In this document: piece after piece, positions 9,883 through 20,826 of the stretch
Layout: each line of letters begins with the position of its first letter
How positions within the stretch are numbered: the first letter of the stretch is position 1
Origin: a virus
IMG/VR virus record: IMGVR_UViG_3300025598_000020
DNA length: 64,000 nt
Direction: 5' to 3' (one strand)
Program-made: the position numbers and the translations under genes
The notes under the pieces: generated by a model
Seen by the model: the letters and a program-made list of their open reading frames with translations, nothing else
What the model was told of the DNA's origin: nothing
Database searches by the model: none

Positions 9883-10562
9883 ATTTTTAAATTGTTATAG
9901 TTAAACCATTCTTGTGAAGTACCAACATCAACATAGTTAAGAGATAGTTTTTCTTTAAATGTGTGTCCAGATTGTAACATCACGGCAATCACATCAGACA
10001 CAAATACTTCTCTTTCTTGTGAAATGGATTCAAAAACCTCTTTATATTCTTTGACTGATTGAAACTTGTAACCACCAAGACAAAACTTATTTGATACAAC
10101 TTTCTTCTCTACAATATTATTTACATTTCCATCTGCATCAGTAATGATATAACTTTTGGCTTCAGGTCTATTGAGATTCGGATAATCAGCAATATCTGAA
10201 ACACAAATGTAATTGCCTTCAGTAAGTGTGTGTGTAAAATAACTATCACAGTCTTTTATGATGAATTCATCTTCGCCAATATTCTGAAGAATTTGGTATG
10301 CAGTATCTGCTGGACCTTTTGTCAACTCTGGAATAATAACAACATTAACTTTGTCACCTAGTTTTTCCTTGATAACTTGTTTTGAATTGTATTTCTCATT
10401 ATGTTCTTTGAGTACACCAATTGTAATTGAAAGACCTGCATCCAAATAAGGTTTGATTGCCTTCTCTAACATCAATTTGTTTTCAAAATCTTCCAACAGA
10501 TATTTCGGCTTCATATTCGGAAAGCGACTGGAAAGACCTGCAGCCGGTACAATTACTTGCAT
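9879..10562 (-). CDS. Sugar-phosphate nucleotidyltransferase (NTP_transferase)
   Basis: PAAGLSSRF..PKY, DCD, VEKK, DVGT. Confidence 0.85.
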   Translation of the reverse strand: MQVIVPAAGLSSRFPNMKPKYLLEDFENKLMLEKAIKPYLDAGLSITIGVLKEHNEKYNSKQVIKEKLGDKVNVVIIPELTKGPADTAYQILQNIGEDEFIIKDCDSYFTHTLTEGNYICVSDIADYPNLNRPEAKSYIITDADGNVNNIVEKKVVSNKFCLGGYKFQSVKEYKEVFESISQEREVFVSDVIAVMLQSGHTFKEKLSLNYVDVGTSQEWFNYNNLKI

Positions 10563-10563
10563 A

Positions 10564-11949
10564 TTAAACCTTATAATGTTCCAAGAAATAGTTCAAATCT
10601 TCTGGAGTACCAATACCCCACATCTTTTTGATATTCTTGGTTCTAATTTTCTTGCCGTCTTGAATAGCTTCATTGAATACTGGACAAACATAAAATTCAT
10701 TGTTTGTACGAATGTTCTTTTCAATCATTTGTTCAGCATACTTGACATAATCACTACCTTGTTTCCAATAGTAGATACCAACAGTTGCAAGATTACTGAT
10801 TGGGTTCTTTTCTGCTACTTCAGATACAAAACCATCTTCACCTAGTTTTGCAAAGGACCATTTGGGGTGTGTTGCCTCAAAAGTAACAATACCACCATCA
10901 ATAGAGTCGGCAGTAAATGCATATAGGCATTCATTAGAATTCCATTCAACAAACTGGTCGGAGTTGGCCATCAACAATGGTTGGTCGTTGTTAATAAGTT
11001 CCTTAGCAAGAAGTGTGGTACAAGCCGCACCTTCTGTTAAACCATCAACTTGAATGATATCACAACCTGGTGAAATTAGATTCAATAATTGTTTTAGATT
11101 GTACTTTTCATAATGTTCTTTTTGCACAATGTAGATGAAGTGAGCTTCTATGTTCAAATTTTCAGTTACAACCTGAATCATAGGTTTACCATCAACCTCA
11201 ATCAACGGTTTGGGAAAAGTGTAACCCGCTTGTGCAAAACGACTACCTGCACCGGCCATTGGAATCAATACATTCATCTTATTATTTCTCCATGGTATAT
11301 TCAATTGTGTTTGTTTTTTATCAAAAGATTCAATCATATCTATGAATGTATTTCCATGCAATTCATATGCATCTTTGACAGGATACAAAATGGCACCAGA
11401 GTTGGTTGCACCCTCTCGACCAATATGACTATCTTCTACGATAATTGTATCTTTTGGTAATGCTTTCAATGCAGTCATACATTGCCAGTACATTTCTGGA
11501 AATGGTTTTGGATATTTCACGTCTTCATTGCTAACGATATAATCCACATACTTTAATACATCCATGGAATTAAGTGAAATCTTAATTGTTTCACGGATAC
11601 TATTAGATGCAACTGCAATCTTCCAACCCATAAGGTTGAGTATTCGCATTATATAATGTGCTGATGGATTTTTTGGACATTCTGGTATTAGTTTGAATGT
11701 AGACTTCTGCTTTTCTTTCCAGATATCATCAAAATATTTTGCATCTAGACCTTTTTCTGTGGCCAACATTTGAAGTTTTTTGGTGGTATTCAAACCATCA
11801 TATTTTGAGAGATGCTCTTCTCTTGTAATTACAAACTGTTCGCCAGCAACTTTACGAATTGCATCATTAAGAGCTTCATAGTGTAGTTCACGGGAATCAA
11901 GTAAAACGCCATCAAGGTCAAATATAACTAATTTATTCATTTCTTCCAA
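10564..11949 (-). CDS. HAD phosphatase / sugar nucleotidyltransferase fusion
   Basis: DLDGVL, KP, EDS HAD motifs; PMAGAGSRF..PKPLI, EK, GIGTPEDL. Confidence 0.9.
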   Translation of the reverse strand: MEEMNKLVIFDLDGVLLDSRELHYEALNDAIRKVAGEQFVITREEHLSKYDGLNTTKKLQMLATEKGLDAKYFDDIWKEKQKSTFKLIPECPKNPSAHYIMRILNLMGWKIAVASNSIRETIKISLNSMDVLKYVDYIVSNEDVKYPKPFPEMYWQCMTALKALPKDTIIVEDSHIGREGATNSGAILYPVKDAYELHGNTFIDMIESFDKKQTQLNIPWRNNKMNVLIPMAGAGSRFAQAGYTFPKPLIEVDGKPMIQVVTENLNIEAHFIYIVQKEHYEKYNLKQLLNLISPGCDIIQVDGLTEGAACTTLLAKELINNDQPLLMANSDQFVEWNSNECLYAFTADSIDGGIVTFEATHPKWSFAKLGEDGFVSEVAEKNPISNLATVGIYYWKQGSDYVKYAEQMIEKNIRTNNEFYVCPVFNEAIQDGKKIRTKNIKKMWGIGTPEDLNYFLEHYKV

Positions 11950-12635
11950 CTATCATAATCTTCACGAATCAAAGAGTGCCAAGTACCATTATGTGGTCCT
12001 GGTGGAAATGGATTGTTCATGTCAACATATTGTAACTTTGGTCCAAACAAACCATATTCTCGCAAGTTAGCACTCATCATATTTTCACCAACAAACTGTG
12101 TACCAGCACTGTAATACTTATCTAGGTTCAAAAAAGTTGACATGTATTTGTCCATGTTCTCTTGTGAACTAAATGCAAATTGGTCATTACCAAAGTCTCT
12201 TGTTGGTACCATTCTGCAATTCGGAATATACAACATTTCATTAGGCAATTCACCAAAAGGTATCTTTACGTTTAAAGCATAATCTGTTCGGCTACGAATA
12301 ACCCAATCATATTTTACATTGTTTGTCTTTGAATAATACATCATGGATTCACGACACTTATTCATTGAAAAATACATTGAGTAAACAAATCTAGCTGGAA
12401 ACTTTTCTGGATTTGGAACATTGGTATATTTTCTATCAACATCCAATTCAAGTGGTGGTGAAGAAGAATGTATGACTGGTTTATACAACTCAATCATCTT
12501 ATCAACAACATTATCTGCATCCCAAGTATGAAAGAAAATATCTACATCATGATTATCTAATAGATTTTTTCTATAATACTCAAAACCTCTTTCAACAGAA
12601 CGAGCTTGACCGGAGAAACATAATGCAATTTTCAT
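11937..12635 (-). CDS. Hypothetical glycosyltransferase-like protein
   Basis: KIALCFSGQAR, HTW, YDWVIRSRTD, NDQF motifs typical of glycan-locus proteins. Confidence 0.6.
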   Translation of the reverse strand: MKIALCFSGQARSVERGFEYYRKNLLDNHDVDIFFHTWDADNVVDKMIELYKPVIHSSSPPLELDVDRKYTNVPNPEKFPARFVYSMYFSMNKCRESMMYYSKTNNVKYDWVIRSRTDYALNVKIPFGELPNEMLYIPNCRMVPTRDFGNDQFAFSSQENMDKYMSTFLNLDKYYSAGTQFVGENMMSANLREYGLFGPKLQYVDMNNPFPPGPHNGTWHSLIREDYDSWKK

Positions 12636-13783
12636 TTGAACACCTTATTGAGTCTAGTTAAGTGGCGACCACCATCAAATGTTGTTTTCAACCAAATGTC
12701 AACCATTGCAGAAAACTTTTCTTCATCTACATACTTAGATGGTACCGCAAAGTGATTTGCACAATTGTGTTTGATGGAAAACTCAGCCGTATATTCATCA
12801 AACGTCAAAGCACTAATTACACCAGACTGACTTGCTGCAATATTGACACCTTGGCCTGAACGACAGAATGCAATACCAAATTCACAAATATTGTTCCGAA
12901 TCAACTCTGTGGATTGACTGATGTAATCATAGTAATCACAAGGCTTGTCAACATATGTTCCAACATCAATGTACTTGATACCTTTTTCATTCAAAACTTT
13001 CTTGGCCATTTCTTTTGCGTCAAAACCAGAATGGTCGGATGCAAGTGCAATAGGTTTGTCACCAAATCTGGCAATTACTCTTTTACGGAAGAATTCAAAA
13101 CTATCCACATCTCCAAGAACGTGCATCTTTTCAGTTTCAACTGTCACAATCTTTTTACAATCTTTAATCATATGATTGTATAAAGGTGCAATGTAGAAGT
13201 CTTTGTCTGTTGGGTCATTACGCATAACATAGTCTGCATAAGATGTGAACAAGTATGCAGTCTTGAAGTAATAAAGTCCAACGTTTGCATATCTTGAGAT
13301 GACTTGTTTTTCGGCAACACGTGTGACAAATCCGTTAGAATCAATATCACAATAACTGTGGTCTGCACTATTGGCTAAGAAAGTCAAAAGAAAACCGTCA
13401 CAATCTGCTGGCGGTTCATTTAACTTAAATGTTGATTGAAAATATACATCAGGTGTATAAATGTATAATGGTAAGTCTTCATCAATTAGTTCTCTGGCCT
13501 TCAAACACGTTTCTAAAGCACCACGGGTTTCTCCGTCAACAATACAAATTTGAACATCATCACCAAACTTAGACTTCAGAATTTCATCAATACCATAATC
13601 ATAAACATGTTCTAAACGAACCACAAATATCAAATTACAATCTGTAGTATCAATAGAAGACATGGACCAATCAATGATGTGTTTGTCTTTGGCCATAATC
13701 AAAGACTTGGGCATGGTATAACCAGCATCAATGAAGTTTTGTGCTTTGCCAGCAATAGGTAAAATTACATTATACTTTTTCAT
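12632..13783 (-). CDS. Sugar nucleotidyltransferase / RpiB-LacAB sugar-phosphate isomerase fusion
   Basis: PIAG..PKSL N-terminal domain; ASDHSG, CRSGQG, HN.AN, FDGGRH C-terminal domain. Confidence 0.9.
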   Translation of the reverse strand: MKKYNVILPIAGKAQNFIDAGYTMPKSLIMAKDKHIIDWSMSSIDTTDCNLIFVVRLEHVYDYGIDEILKSKFGDDVQICIVDGETRGALETCLKARELIDEDLPLYIYTPDVYFQSTFKLNEPPADCDGFLLTFLANSADHSYCDIDSNGFVTRVAEKQVISRYANVGLYYFKTAYLFTSYADYVMRNDPTDKDFYIAPLYNHMIKDCKKIVTVETEKMHVLGDVDSFEFFRKRVIARFGDKPIALASDHSGFDAKEMAKKVLNEKGIKYIDVGTYVDKPCDYYDYISQSTELIRNNICEFGIAFCRSGQGVNIAASQSGVISALTFDEYTAEFSIKHNCANHFAVPSKYVDEEKFSAMVDIWLKTTFDGGRHLTRLNKVFK

Positions 13784-14444
13784 TATATTTCCTAATCAAT
13801 TCAGAAGCTGTCTTGTGTGCATAGTTTATTGCTGAGTCTATTGAACCAGATTTATGCAATTCATATAAGAAACAACTTGCAAACATATCTCCTGCACCCA
13901 AAACATTAGCATCTTTTACAAACATATCTGGCTCTATGAAATATGCTTTCTTTGAGTCTTTGATACGCACGGTACTGCCTACTGAAGTATGTACAATCAC
14001 AGCACCTTTCGTGTGTTCTGCCAATTCTTCCAAGTTATACATTTCTTCATAAGAAATAAACAAGTAGTCCACATACTTTAACAATTCTACATCAACTTTT
14101 GGACCTTTGCAAGTGTCCGCAGTAACTATACCATTTAATTTAGAAATGAACTTAGTATCTTTCAATTGATTCAAATATAAAATATGTGATATGTGTGATG
14201 GTTTGATTGAGTGTTTTAGTTGTAATGCGTTTAAATTGGCCTCAGAGTCTCTGGATGAATTAAGACGGTCAACATATATGTCTGCATCACCTAATGCAGT
14301 AGGACACAATCCAAGATTGATATCTGCACCAATATCCTTGAATGTTCTAACCATATTGGCCATGGCACCAAAATCCATGGTTACTTTGTCACCATCATGT
14401 ATTGTATCGATGGCCAAATGACCATATAGTGTAATATCAAACAT
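13770..14444 (-). CDS. PfkB-family carbohydrate kinase
   Basis: DANVLGAGDMF signature. Confidence 0.85.
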   Translation of the reverse strand: MFDITLYGHLAIDTIHDGDKVTMDFGAMANMVRTFKDIGADINLGLCPTALGDADIYVDRLNSSRDSEANLNALQLKHSIKPSHISHILYLNQLKDTKFISKLNGIVTADTCKGPKVDVELLKYVDYLFISYEEMYNLEELAEHTKGAVIVHTSVGSTVRIKDSKKAYFIEPDMFVKDANVLGAGDMFASCFLYELHKSGSIDSAINYAHKTASELIRKYNEKV

Positions 14445-14962
14445 TAGAATTTTTCTTTCTTATCAAGTTCATATACCTTTTGAAGATGTTCATCAAAGTC
14501 AAACCTTGGCAATTCTTTTACACTTAAGTAATCAAATAGTTGCATAACAAAGTTTTGTCCACCATAACTATGTAACTCTTGGGCGTGGTCTTTAACAATC
14601 AATGGTGAATCTTTTGGACAATAACTCTTAACAAGCTTCATCAAGCCAACATCAAATATGTCATCACCAACAAATATGATTTCACCTGGTGAAACGTCAT
14701 ATTTTTCACAAATTTCTGGAAGGAAATCAGCCTTCTCTTTGTTTCTGGTTACAATAACATCAATGTTTCTATTCTTAGCAATTTCCACATTGTATGCATC
14801 TCCAGTAAGAAACATAACATTAACACCCAAAGCACGAAAACGTTTAATTGCTGTCCAATCTTTATCACAGAATGTTTTTGAAGTAACATTTCCATAACGG
14901 TCATAGTATTTTTTCCCATCGGTCAAAACACCATCTACATCAAGTATTAATAATTTAATCAT
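14444..14962 (-). CDS. KdsC-like HAD phosphatase
   Basis: LDVDGVLTDG, GDDIFD. Confidence 0.85.
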   Translation of the reverse strand: MIKLLILDVDGVLTDGKKYYDRYGNVTSKTFCDKDWTAIKRFRALGVNVMFLTGDAYNVEIAKNRNIDVIVTRNKEKADFLPEICEKYDVSPGEIIFVGDDIFDVGLMKLVKSYCPKDSPLIVKDHAQELHSYGGQNFVMQLFDYLSVKELPRFDFDEHLQKVYELDKKEKF

Positions 14963-15642
14963 CTGAATCTCTCTAAAACTTCGGGGTGAACTGGATAGTG
15001 ATTACCTTGAAACTCGGCTTTACATATTGAATAGTATAAGTTATCGTGACTGTTTTGTTCAACATTTGTTAAAACAACTATTTTTTCTTTTGGTATATAC
15101 TGAACCAACTTATTCATTAGGCCATGCGTGTCAGGTAAATTCCTATATGCGTGATATGATTCTCTCATGGCTTTGTATACAAGTGATGTCATTTCGCCTG
15201 GCCACATATACATGTTATCGCAAGTCCAATTCAAGTGTGCAACACTTTTTTCCATAAAAAGAAAATTGAACTTATCAAAATGTATGTTGTCGATTGGTTT
15301 AAACCAGTGTAAGTCTAAACGAGTAAACACAACAAAATCAAAGTCTTTGTCTAAGAGATTTTCAAAAGAAGCAATCTTAGATGTGAATGTATTTGAACCT
15401 TGAAATTCAGAATAGTATACACCAGTCGGTTGAACCATCTCATAAAATTCTTTTTCCAGATGTTCATCAGGAATCCTGTAAGATGAAACAAAGACTTGAA
15501 CCTCATGACCCAAGTCTCTTAGTGGTTGAATGATGTTTTTGTTTACATTTGGCCAACAATGTTTGAAATCTTTTGGACTTGGTTGACCATTACGCATAAA
15601 CTGGCCGTATAGTAGGCCATATAAAGATACTGCTATTTTCAT
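14959..15642 (-). CDS. Hypothetical glycosyltransferase-like protein
   Basis: KIAVSLYG, FDFVVFTRLD; resembles 11937..12635. Confidence 0.55.
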   Translation of the reverse strand: MKIAVSLYGLLYGQFMRNGQPSPKDFKHCWPNVNKNIIQPLRDLGHEVQVFVSSYRIPDEHLEKEFYEMVQPTGVYYSEFQGSNTFTSKIASFENLLDKDFDFVVFTRLDLHWFKPIDNIHFDKFNFLFMEKSVAHLNWTCDNMYMWPGEMTSLVYKAMRESYHAYRNLPDTHGLMNKLVQYIPKEKIVVLTNVEQNSHDNLYYSICKAEFQGNHYPVHPEVLERFR

Positions 15643-16490
15643 GCGGTTCTATAGATAAACATTTGTGATTCATTATCTTGTCCATATTTTTCTTGGACAA
15701 ATTTCTTCCATTCTGGTACACGGTCATATTGATGAACAATCGGGAACATTTCACGGTTATGTGTCCAAACGACACCATTATCAAACATAGGTTCTTCACA
15801 CAAAAGATTTGGTCTAAACCCATCAATCTTAGATGGATCAACAACAGTACCAGCTTCACAAGCCCAATGATTTGTTTCTAATACACAATCTTTAAATGGT
15901 TGTGTGTTGATTAGAACGTTAAATACTGCTTGGTCACAAACAGGAATAGGCCTGTTGATTGCATTGGTGAAAATGTTGAACACCATATCTTTTACATATT
16001 CAGATGTACCACCAAATGTTCCAACGTTAAAGATTTCATTGTCTTTGAATTGTTCATAGACATAAAGACCGTAAGCCTGTTTTAGATTCTCATCACCCCA
16101 AGATTCGTCTTTATATTTTAAACCTTCAGATGCAATAACAAGTTTGCATTCCAGTTTATGCATATCTTCCATAATGTCAAACGGACTACATTGGAAGAAA
16201 ACATCCTTAACATCTGTTGTTACGACATACTGATAGTTTTGCCAATTAGAATACAAGTAATCATAAATTGACAGAAAACGCAACACATGTGGTGGAACAT
16301 TTTGCATCATTTTCATAGGTACAACAAATACACCCTTTTCAATCAACCAATCGACTGTGGCTTGATTTGCGTTACCTGCAACCAATACAACATCAGTATT
16401 ATCTCCTGCAACTTCTAGTGCAGACATTACCCAAGGTTTGAGTTGATTGATTCCGTAGTTTGTAAAACCACCAATAATTAAATTCTTCAT
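15639..16490 (-). CDS. Putative GT-A fold glycosyltransferase
   Basis: TDVKDVFFQ, NVG, DQAVFN, HQYDR. Confidence 0.65.
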   Translation of the reverse strand: MKNLIIGGFTNYGINQLKPWVMSALEVAGDNTDVVLVAGNANQATVDWLIEKGVFVVPMKMMQNVPPHVLRFLSIYDYLYSNWQNYQYVVTTDVKDVFFQCSPFDIMEDMHKLECKLVIASEGLKYKDESWGDENLKQAYGLYVYEQFKDNEIFNVGTFGGTSEYVKDMVFNIFTNAINRPIPVCDQAVFNVLINTQPFKDCVLETNHWACEAGTVVDPSKIDGFRPNLLCEEPMFDNGVVWTHNREMFPIVHQYDRVPEWKKFVQEKYGQDNESQMFIYRTA

Positions 16491-16491
16491 T

Positions 16492-17250
16492 TCAATATCC
16501 TGACCTAGTTTTAATCAAATTCATAACATCTTCACTGCCTTTTTGTTCTTCACGGGGAACAAACAAAGCTCTCTGTCTCTTATTATCTATGTCTTCTGCT
16601 GGAACAAGATAATAGATTGCTAAACTCTTTCTATATTGACCTTCAGGTGCGGTAATACCTTCAGTTACACCGTGCCAAGAGTTTTGTGTAGTATCAAACA
16701 ATACTGCACGATTAAATTTTGGCCAAATAGACTTAATCAATTTCTTTGGTTGATTAGTTTCTTCGTCATGTGACCAAAGACCTATATTGCCACCCCAAGA
16801 CTTCTTCCAGTTTGGATTTAAGTAAACGATGAGATTCAACTTACGCCTCATGTCCATCTTAGGATGAATATCATAATCGAGGTGAACATTCAAGTAATCA
16901 CCAGCTTGATGCATGTGAATACCGCCACCATGTAAACCGTAATCTGGAACCAAATCAAATTCGTTCGTAAGATATGCAAATTTACCAACAAGAGGTTCAT
17001 CTACTAAACATGATATTGCTTTGTAAACGTTTTTTGAAAACTTGGTCCAGTTTTGTATGGTGCGTTTCTTTTCAATTGGATTGTCATACTTTGCATCAGT
17101 ATTTTCATCATATCCTGGCATACCATCAAAGATACTACGAGCAATTTCTTCAACAAAAAAGTTATCAATCACGGCATGATTAAAGGGTTCTGCTGATAAA
17201 AAATCTTGTGATATTTTATGCCAATCATGTTTATTAATTATTTTATCCAC
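16492..17250 (-). CDS. 2OG-Fe(II) oxygenase
   Basis: HLD...H facial triad, WGG, RKS. Confidence 0.9.
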   Translation of the reverse strand: MDKIINKHDWHKISQDFLSAEPFNHAVIDNFFVEEIARSIFDGMPGYDENTDAKYDNPIEKKRTIQNWTKFSKNVYKAISCLVDEPLVGKFAYLTNEFDLVPDYGLHGGGIHMHQAGDYLNVHLDYDIHPKMDMRRKLNLIVYLNPNWKKSWGGNIGLWSHDEETNQPKKLIKSIWPKFNRAVLFDTTQNSWHGVTEGITAPEGQYRKSLAIYYLVPAEDIDNKRQRALFVPREEQKGSEDVMNLIKTRSGY

Positions 17251-17939
17251 GGGAATTTTTCTCCATAACGATTTTTCATCACTGTATTGCCATGCAAAAA
17301 GAATTCTGGTTTAACAGAACCTTCATTGCCGGCAAGTTTATAATTTAGTGTATATTCACCGGTGCAGTCAAAATTTTTAAAATGTGTTGACAAAACATTT
17401 AAAAACACTCTGTCTTGTCCCCAACCACCGTGCCATACATTGGCTAATCTTATCGCAATTTCAGTTTTAAGGCAATAACAATTTGTATCTACATGGTGAT
17501 AATCTTGAAAGCATTTCCATTTACCTAGTGATTCACAGTCATCATTACAAAAGTAATTTCCATCTTTATCAAGAATCTTTCTTAGTGAATAAGACCAGTC
17601 TAGATTTTTAGTTTTGATGTTTTGAATTTGTGATTCAACATGATTTGAATCAATGAAACAATCTTGATCCAAATATAGAATATATTCTGTATTGATTAAG
17701 TGTGTAAAAGAGGCGTAGATGCGATGGCCATAAAAGCCATTTGCACCTACGTTGATTGGTAAATAAGCAACTTTAACTTTATCACCATATTCACTGGTGA
17801 TAACGCTGACTTTCCCACGATGTTGTTCGCCATCACATACAACATAACAAGTTGTTGGATATGTTTGAGATAAAACACTATCAATTGCTTTTCTCAGGTC
17901 AGGTGAACCTGTTGTAGGTATAATCACTGTTGCTGTCAT
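17238..17939 (-). CDS. Family 2 glycosyltransferase
   Basis: VIIPT, SVLSQT, VVCDG, YLDQD. Confidence 0.85.
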   Translation of the reverse strand: MTATVIIPTTGSPDLRKAIDSVLSQTYPTTCYVVCDGEQHRGKVSVITSEYGDKVKVAYLPINVGANGFYGHRIYASFTHLINTEYILYLDQDCFIDSNHVESQIQNIKTKNLDWSYSLRKILDKDGNYFCNDDCESLGKWKCFQDYHHVDTNCYCLKTEIAIRLANVWHGGWGQDRVFLNVLSTHFKNFDCTGEYTLNYKLAGNEGSVKPEFFLHGNTVMKNRYGEKFPWIK

Positions 17940-17954
17940 AATATACTTTCAGTT

Positions 17955-19697
17955 TTAAGATATTTTTAAATGAAAACAACTTGTGAAAACTGTTTGTGCA
18001 ACACTAACAGGCAAAGACTGTAAATCCTTATCTATATTTCCACCTAATTGTTTTTTTCTTGATTCAATTTGTTCTGGACGAATGCCTGCACCAATACGAG
18101 ATGATGAAGCGGCATCCACAAGATTTTCAATTACAATTTCTTTAGCATATTTATTTACGATACCTTCGATAGAAATAGCCAATTCAGAAGCCGCAGTCTT
18201 GTTGTAAATCTTTTCAGCATTTGTGCCAGTTTTGACCTTATTTAAATCAAATTCTTGGCCACCATTTATTTCTGAAAACATTCTTTGCAAATAAGGAAGT
18301 AAGTCATCAGCGAGACTTTTATCTTTCGATACTGTATTTTTATATTCGTTGCCACCAAACCATAATTTATCACCAGGTTTAGGTATAATTTCGTTTAGTT
18401 TTTTACTTTCATCAGCAAACTCTTTACGTATTTTTTGTAATTTACTAATACCACTACTGTCTGTTCCCTTAATTATGAACTGATAAATTCCTGTACCAAT
18501 AGAACCAAAACGTGCATCAGCACCACCTTCAATTTCTAAACGGAAACCACCAGAAGAACCAGCTTTCATTTTTAGTTTTAACTCTCTATTGTAAATCATC
18601 TTGTTTTTTTGGAACATTTGCAAAGTAAAATAAAACTTAACATCGATGTTACCTTGAGACAATTCAACTTTTTTAAATTTAACAATCTTTTCAATTGCAC
18701 CTGCCACGTTGATTTCATCAATATGGGGATTTAAACCAGATTTTTTCAATGAAACGGGATAACAAACACCTTTTTTATACATCTTGTAGATTTCATCATT
18801 GACCATATTTAATATGGCCACATTATAACTATCTGGATCACTACTAGTTAGTTTTTTGGCTGCTTTATTCAACTCTTTTAAACGTCTGATGCCTTCATTG
18901 TTATAGATCCACAAATCTGCTGGATTCCATTTATCCTCACCAATTTTACTATCAAAATTAAATTTCTTTTGCATTGAACCCGCTACTTCACGGTAAGTGG
19001 TGTATGGACTATAATCATCAGGAATTGCACCACTTCTTGCAACATAACACGATTTGCCAATACCAGAAAAACTTGCGTCAAATTTTTTAACTTGTGCTCT
19101 TAAAATTTCATCGAAACCTGTTCCTAAAAACGCATACATTGTTTTAATATATTGATTCAATTGAGTGTCGTTAACTGAATCACTCATGATTTCACTTAAA
19201 CGATATTTGGAGATTAGTTTTTTATAATCTGAGACTGTGCCAACTGTTTGAAACGATTCTTTTTTAAAAGAATCTAATTGATTGGTGACTTGTAACGCAT
19301 AGTAGAAACAAAAACCAGTTTCAGAGAGAACTTCTGTAATTGTACCTCCAGATATTTTAGTGTTTGTTTCATCTTTAGACGTTCCACCAGTTCCACCAAA
19401 TTCGTTAGTCTTGGTTAGTTTAGAAACGGCATAAACTTTATTTTCTGCACGAACACTTATCTTGGCCTTAGTTAAATTTTCAAGTTGTTTTTTAATTTGT
19501 TTTGTTTGTTCTTCTTGTTTACTTTTGACCTTTGAAAGATTAGACAAATTGTATTCATTGTTATCAATAATAATTGAAGTCAAAACTCTGGATTTACCAT
19601 CATCAAAGACAAAAGGTGAAGATGTAACAAATTTATTAACGAACGTGTCAATACGACCGGGACGTTTCTTTAATTCTCCAAGTGATAAACCTGACAT
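17955..19697 (-). CDS. Large hypothetical protein, possible PD-(D/E)XK nuclease
   Basis: SE...DKWNPADLW...PVSLKK pattern. Confidence 0.55.
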   Translation of the reverse strand: MSGLSLGELKKRPGRIDTFVNKFVTSSPFVFDDGKSRVLTSIIIDNNEYNLSNLSKVKSKQEEQTKQIKKQLENLTKAKISVRAENKVYAVSKLTKTNEFGGTGGTSKDETNTKISGGTITEVLSETGFCFYYALQVTNQLDSFKKESFQTVGTVSDYKKLISKYRLSEIMSDSVNDTQLNQYIKTMYAFLGTGFDEILRAQVKKFDASFSGIGKSCYVARSGAIPDDYSPYTTYREVAGSMQKKFNFDSKIGEDKWNPADLWIYNNEGIRRLKELNKAAKKLTSSDPDSYNVAILNMVNDEIYKMYKKGVCYPVSLKKSGLNPHIDEINVAGAIEKIVKFKKVELSQGNIDVKFYFTLQMFQKNKMIYNRELKLKMKAGSSGGFRLEIEGGADARFGSIGTGIYQFIIKGTDSSGISKLQKIRKEFADESKKLNEIIPKPGDKLWFGGNEYKNTVSKDKSLADDLLPYLQRMFSEINGGQEFDLNKVKTGTNAEKIYNKTAASELAISIEGIVNKYAKEIVIENLVDAASSSRIGAGIRPEQIESRKKQLGGNIDKDLQSLPVSVAQTVFTSCFHLKIS

Positions 19698-19719
19698 TCT
19701 AATCTCCTTTGATTATTAT

Positions 19720-20826
19720 TTATCTAATGATTTGAATTTCTTTTCCAGAAGTCCAAACTTCTAATTCAGTCCTCAACCGACCTTCACCTTTCAATGTTTC
19801 GTATCGGTTTGAAGCCTTGTTTTTCCACCATTGTATCACATTTTCTAGTTCAAACTTATCATAGTTCTCCTTATCTTTAACAAGTGTATCAGTTTTACAA
19901 CAAATATAGTCAACAAAGTTGCTATAACCATAGTTAGAAATGTAGTAACGCTTCTGTTCAGTCAATTGTTTGGCCTTCTCAATCGTTTTATTAAAGGCAT
20001 CACCCTCTATTGTACCTTTCAACGCAGCCTTTGTCAACGAAATAATTTTCATAGAAATTTTTAGTTTCTTGCTTGAAGCGTCTTCATCAACTAAGGGACC
20101 AACCCTCTCTTGAACAAAGTCACGCAAATCCGAGTAAGGTTTACCGTGCATCATAGGCAAGAAATCGGATTCTGTCAAGCCTTTATAACGAATAAATGGT
20201 TTCATGCCATCATATTGTGATACTTGTTTAGAAGAACCATACAAACTTGTTGTTTCAAATAGACACAAATTCATTCCATACTTTTTGTTTGCAATCTCAC
20301 GGACTGCATGTGAAGTGCAAATTGCAGCCAAGAGTTTTCCACCAAGATAGTTGAAACCAAATGGTTGACTTGGCACAATCACAAAACCCATCATTGCAGA
20401 GTCATTGAATCTTTTACCCCACTCAGGTTTTTGTGTAAAGACTTGGCCAAGCATTTCATTTCTTGGTTTGCAGTTGATTACAGGAGAACCTAACCGAATG
20501 AAACCAAGATATTGTCCAGACTTTCTTTCTTTGACGGCTAGGTGAATGCTACGACCAACAGGACGAATGTTGATATGTGATGAGGTGATGTTTAGGAGTG
20601 TTTCCCAAGTTTCAGTAGGAATTTCACACACTTGAATATCCATATCATTTGGATGCATGGAGAAATCAGAAAACAAATCATCTTCTGGAGGAAACAAAGG
20701 TGTTGGCATTTCAGCCAACGAATTCAATTTTTGGTCACGCATGTACTCATCAATACGGTCAAAATTACCAAAGTAATCTTCAAACGCATTTGCACAATGA
20801 ATAGCATCTTCTTTAGTCAATATCAT
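19720..20826 (-). CDS. DUF4338 (DruA-like) domain protein, copy 1
   Basis: VPSQPFGFNYLGGKLLA, TTSLYG, SQYDG. Confidence 0.7.
   Translation of the reverse strand: MILTKEDAIHCANAFEDYFGNFDRIDEYMRDQKLNSLAEMPTPLFPPEDDLFSDFSMHPNDMDIQVCEIPTETWETLLNITSSHINIRPVGRSIHLAVKERKSGQYLGFIRLGSPVINCKPRNEMLGQVFTQKPEWGKRFNDSAMMGFVIVPSQPFGFNYLGGKLLAAICTSHAVREIANKKYGMNLCLFETTSLYGSSKQVSQYDGMKPFIRYKGLTESDFLPMMHGKPYSDLRDFVQERVGPLVDEDASSKKLKISMKIISLTKAALKGTIEGDAFNKTIEKAKQLTEQKRYYISNYGYSNFVDYICCKTDTLVKDKENYDKFELENVIQWWKNKASNRYETLKGEGRLRTELEVWTSGKEIQIIR

Noticed and set aside
19720-20826. Druantia defence system
   Set aside because: No DruE-type helicase or other Dru genes nearby; context is phage replication.
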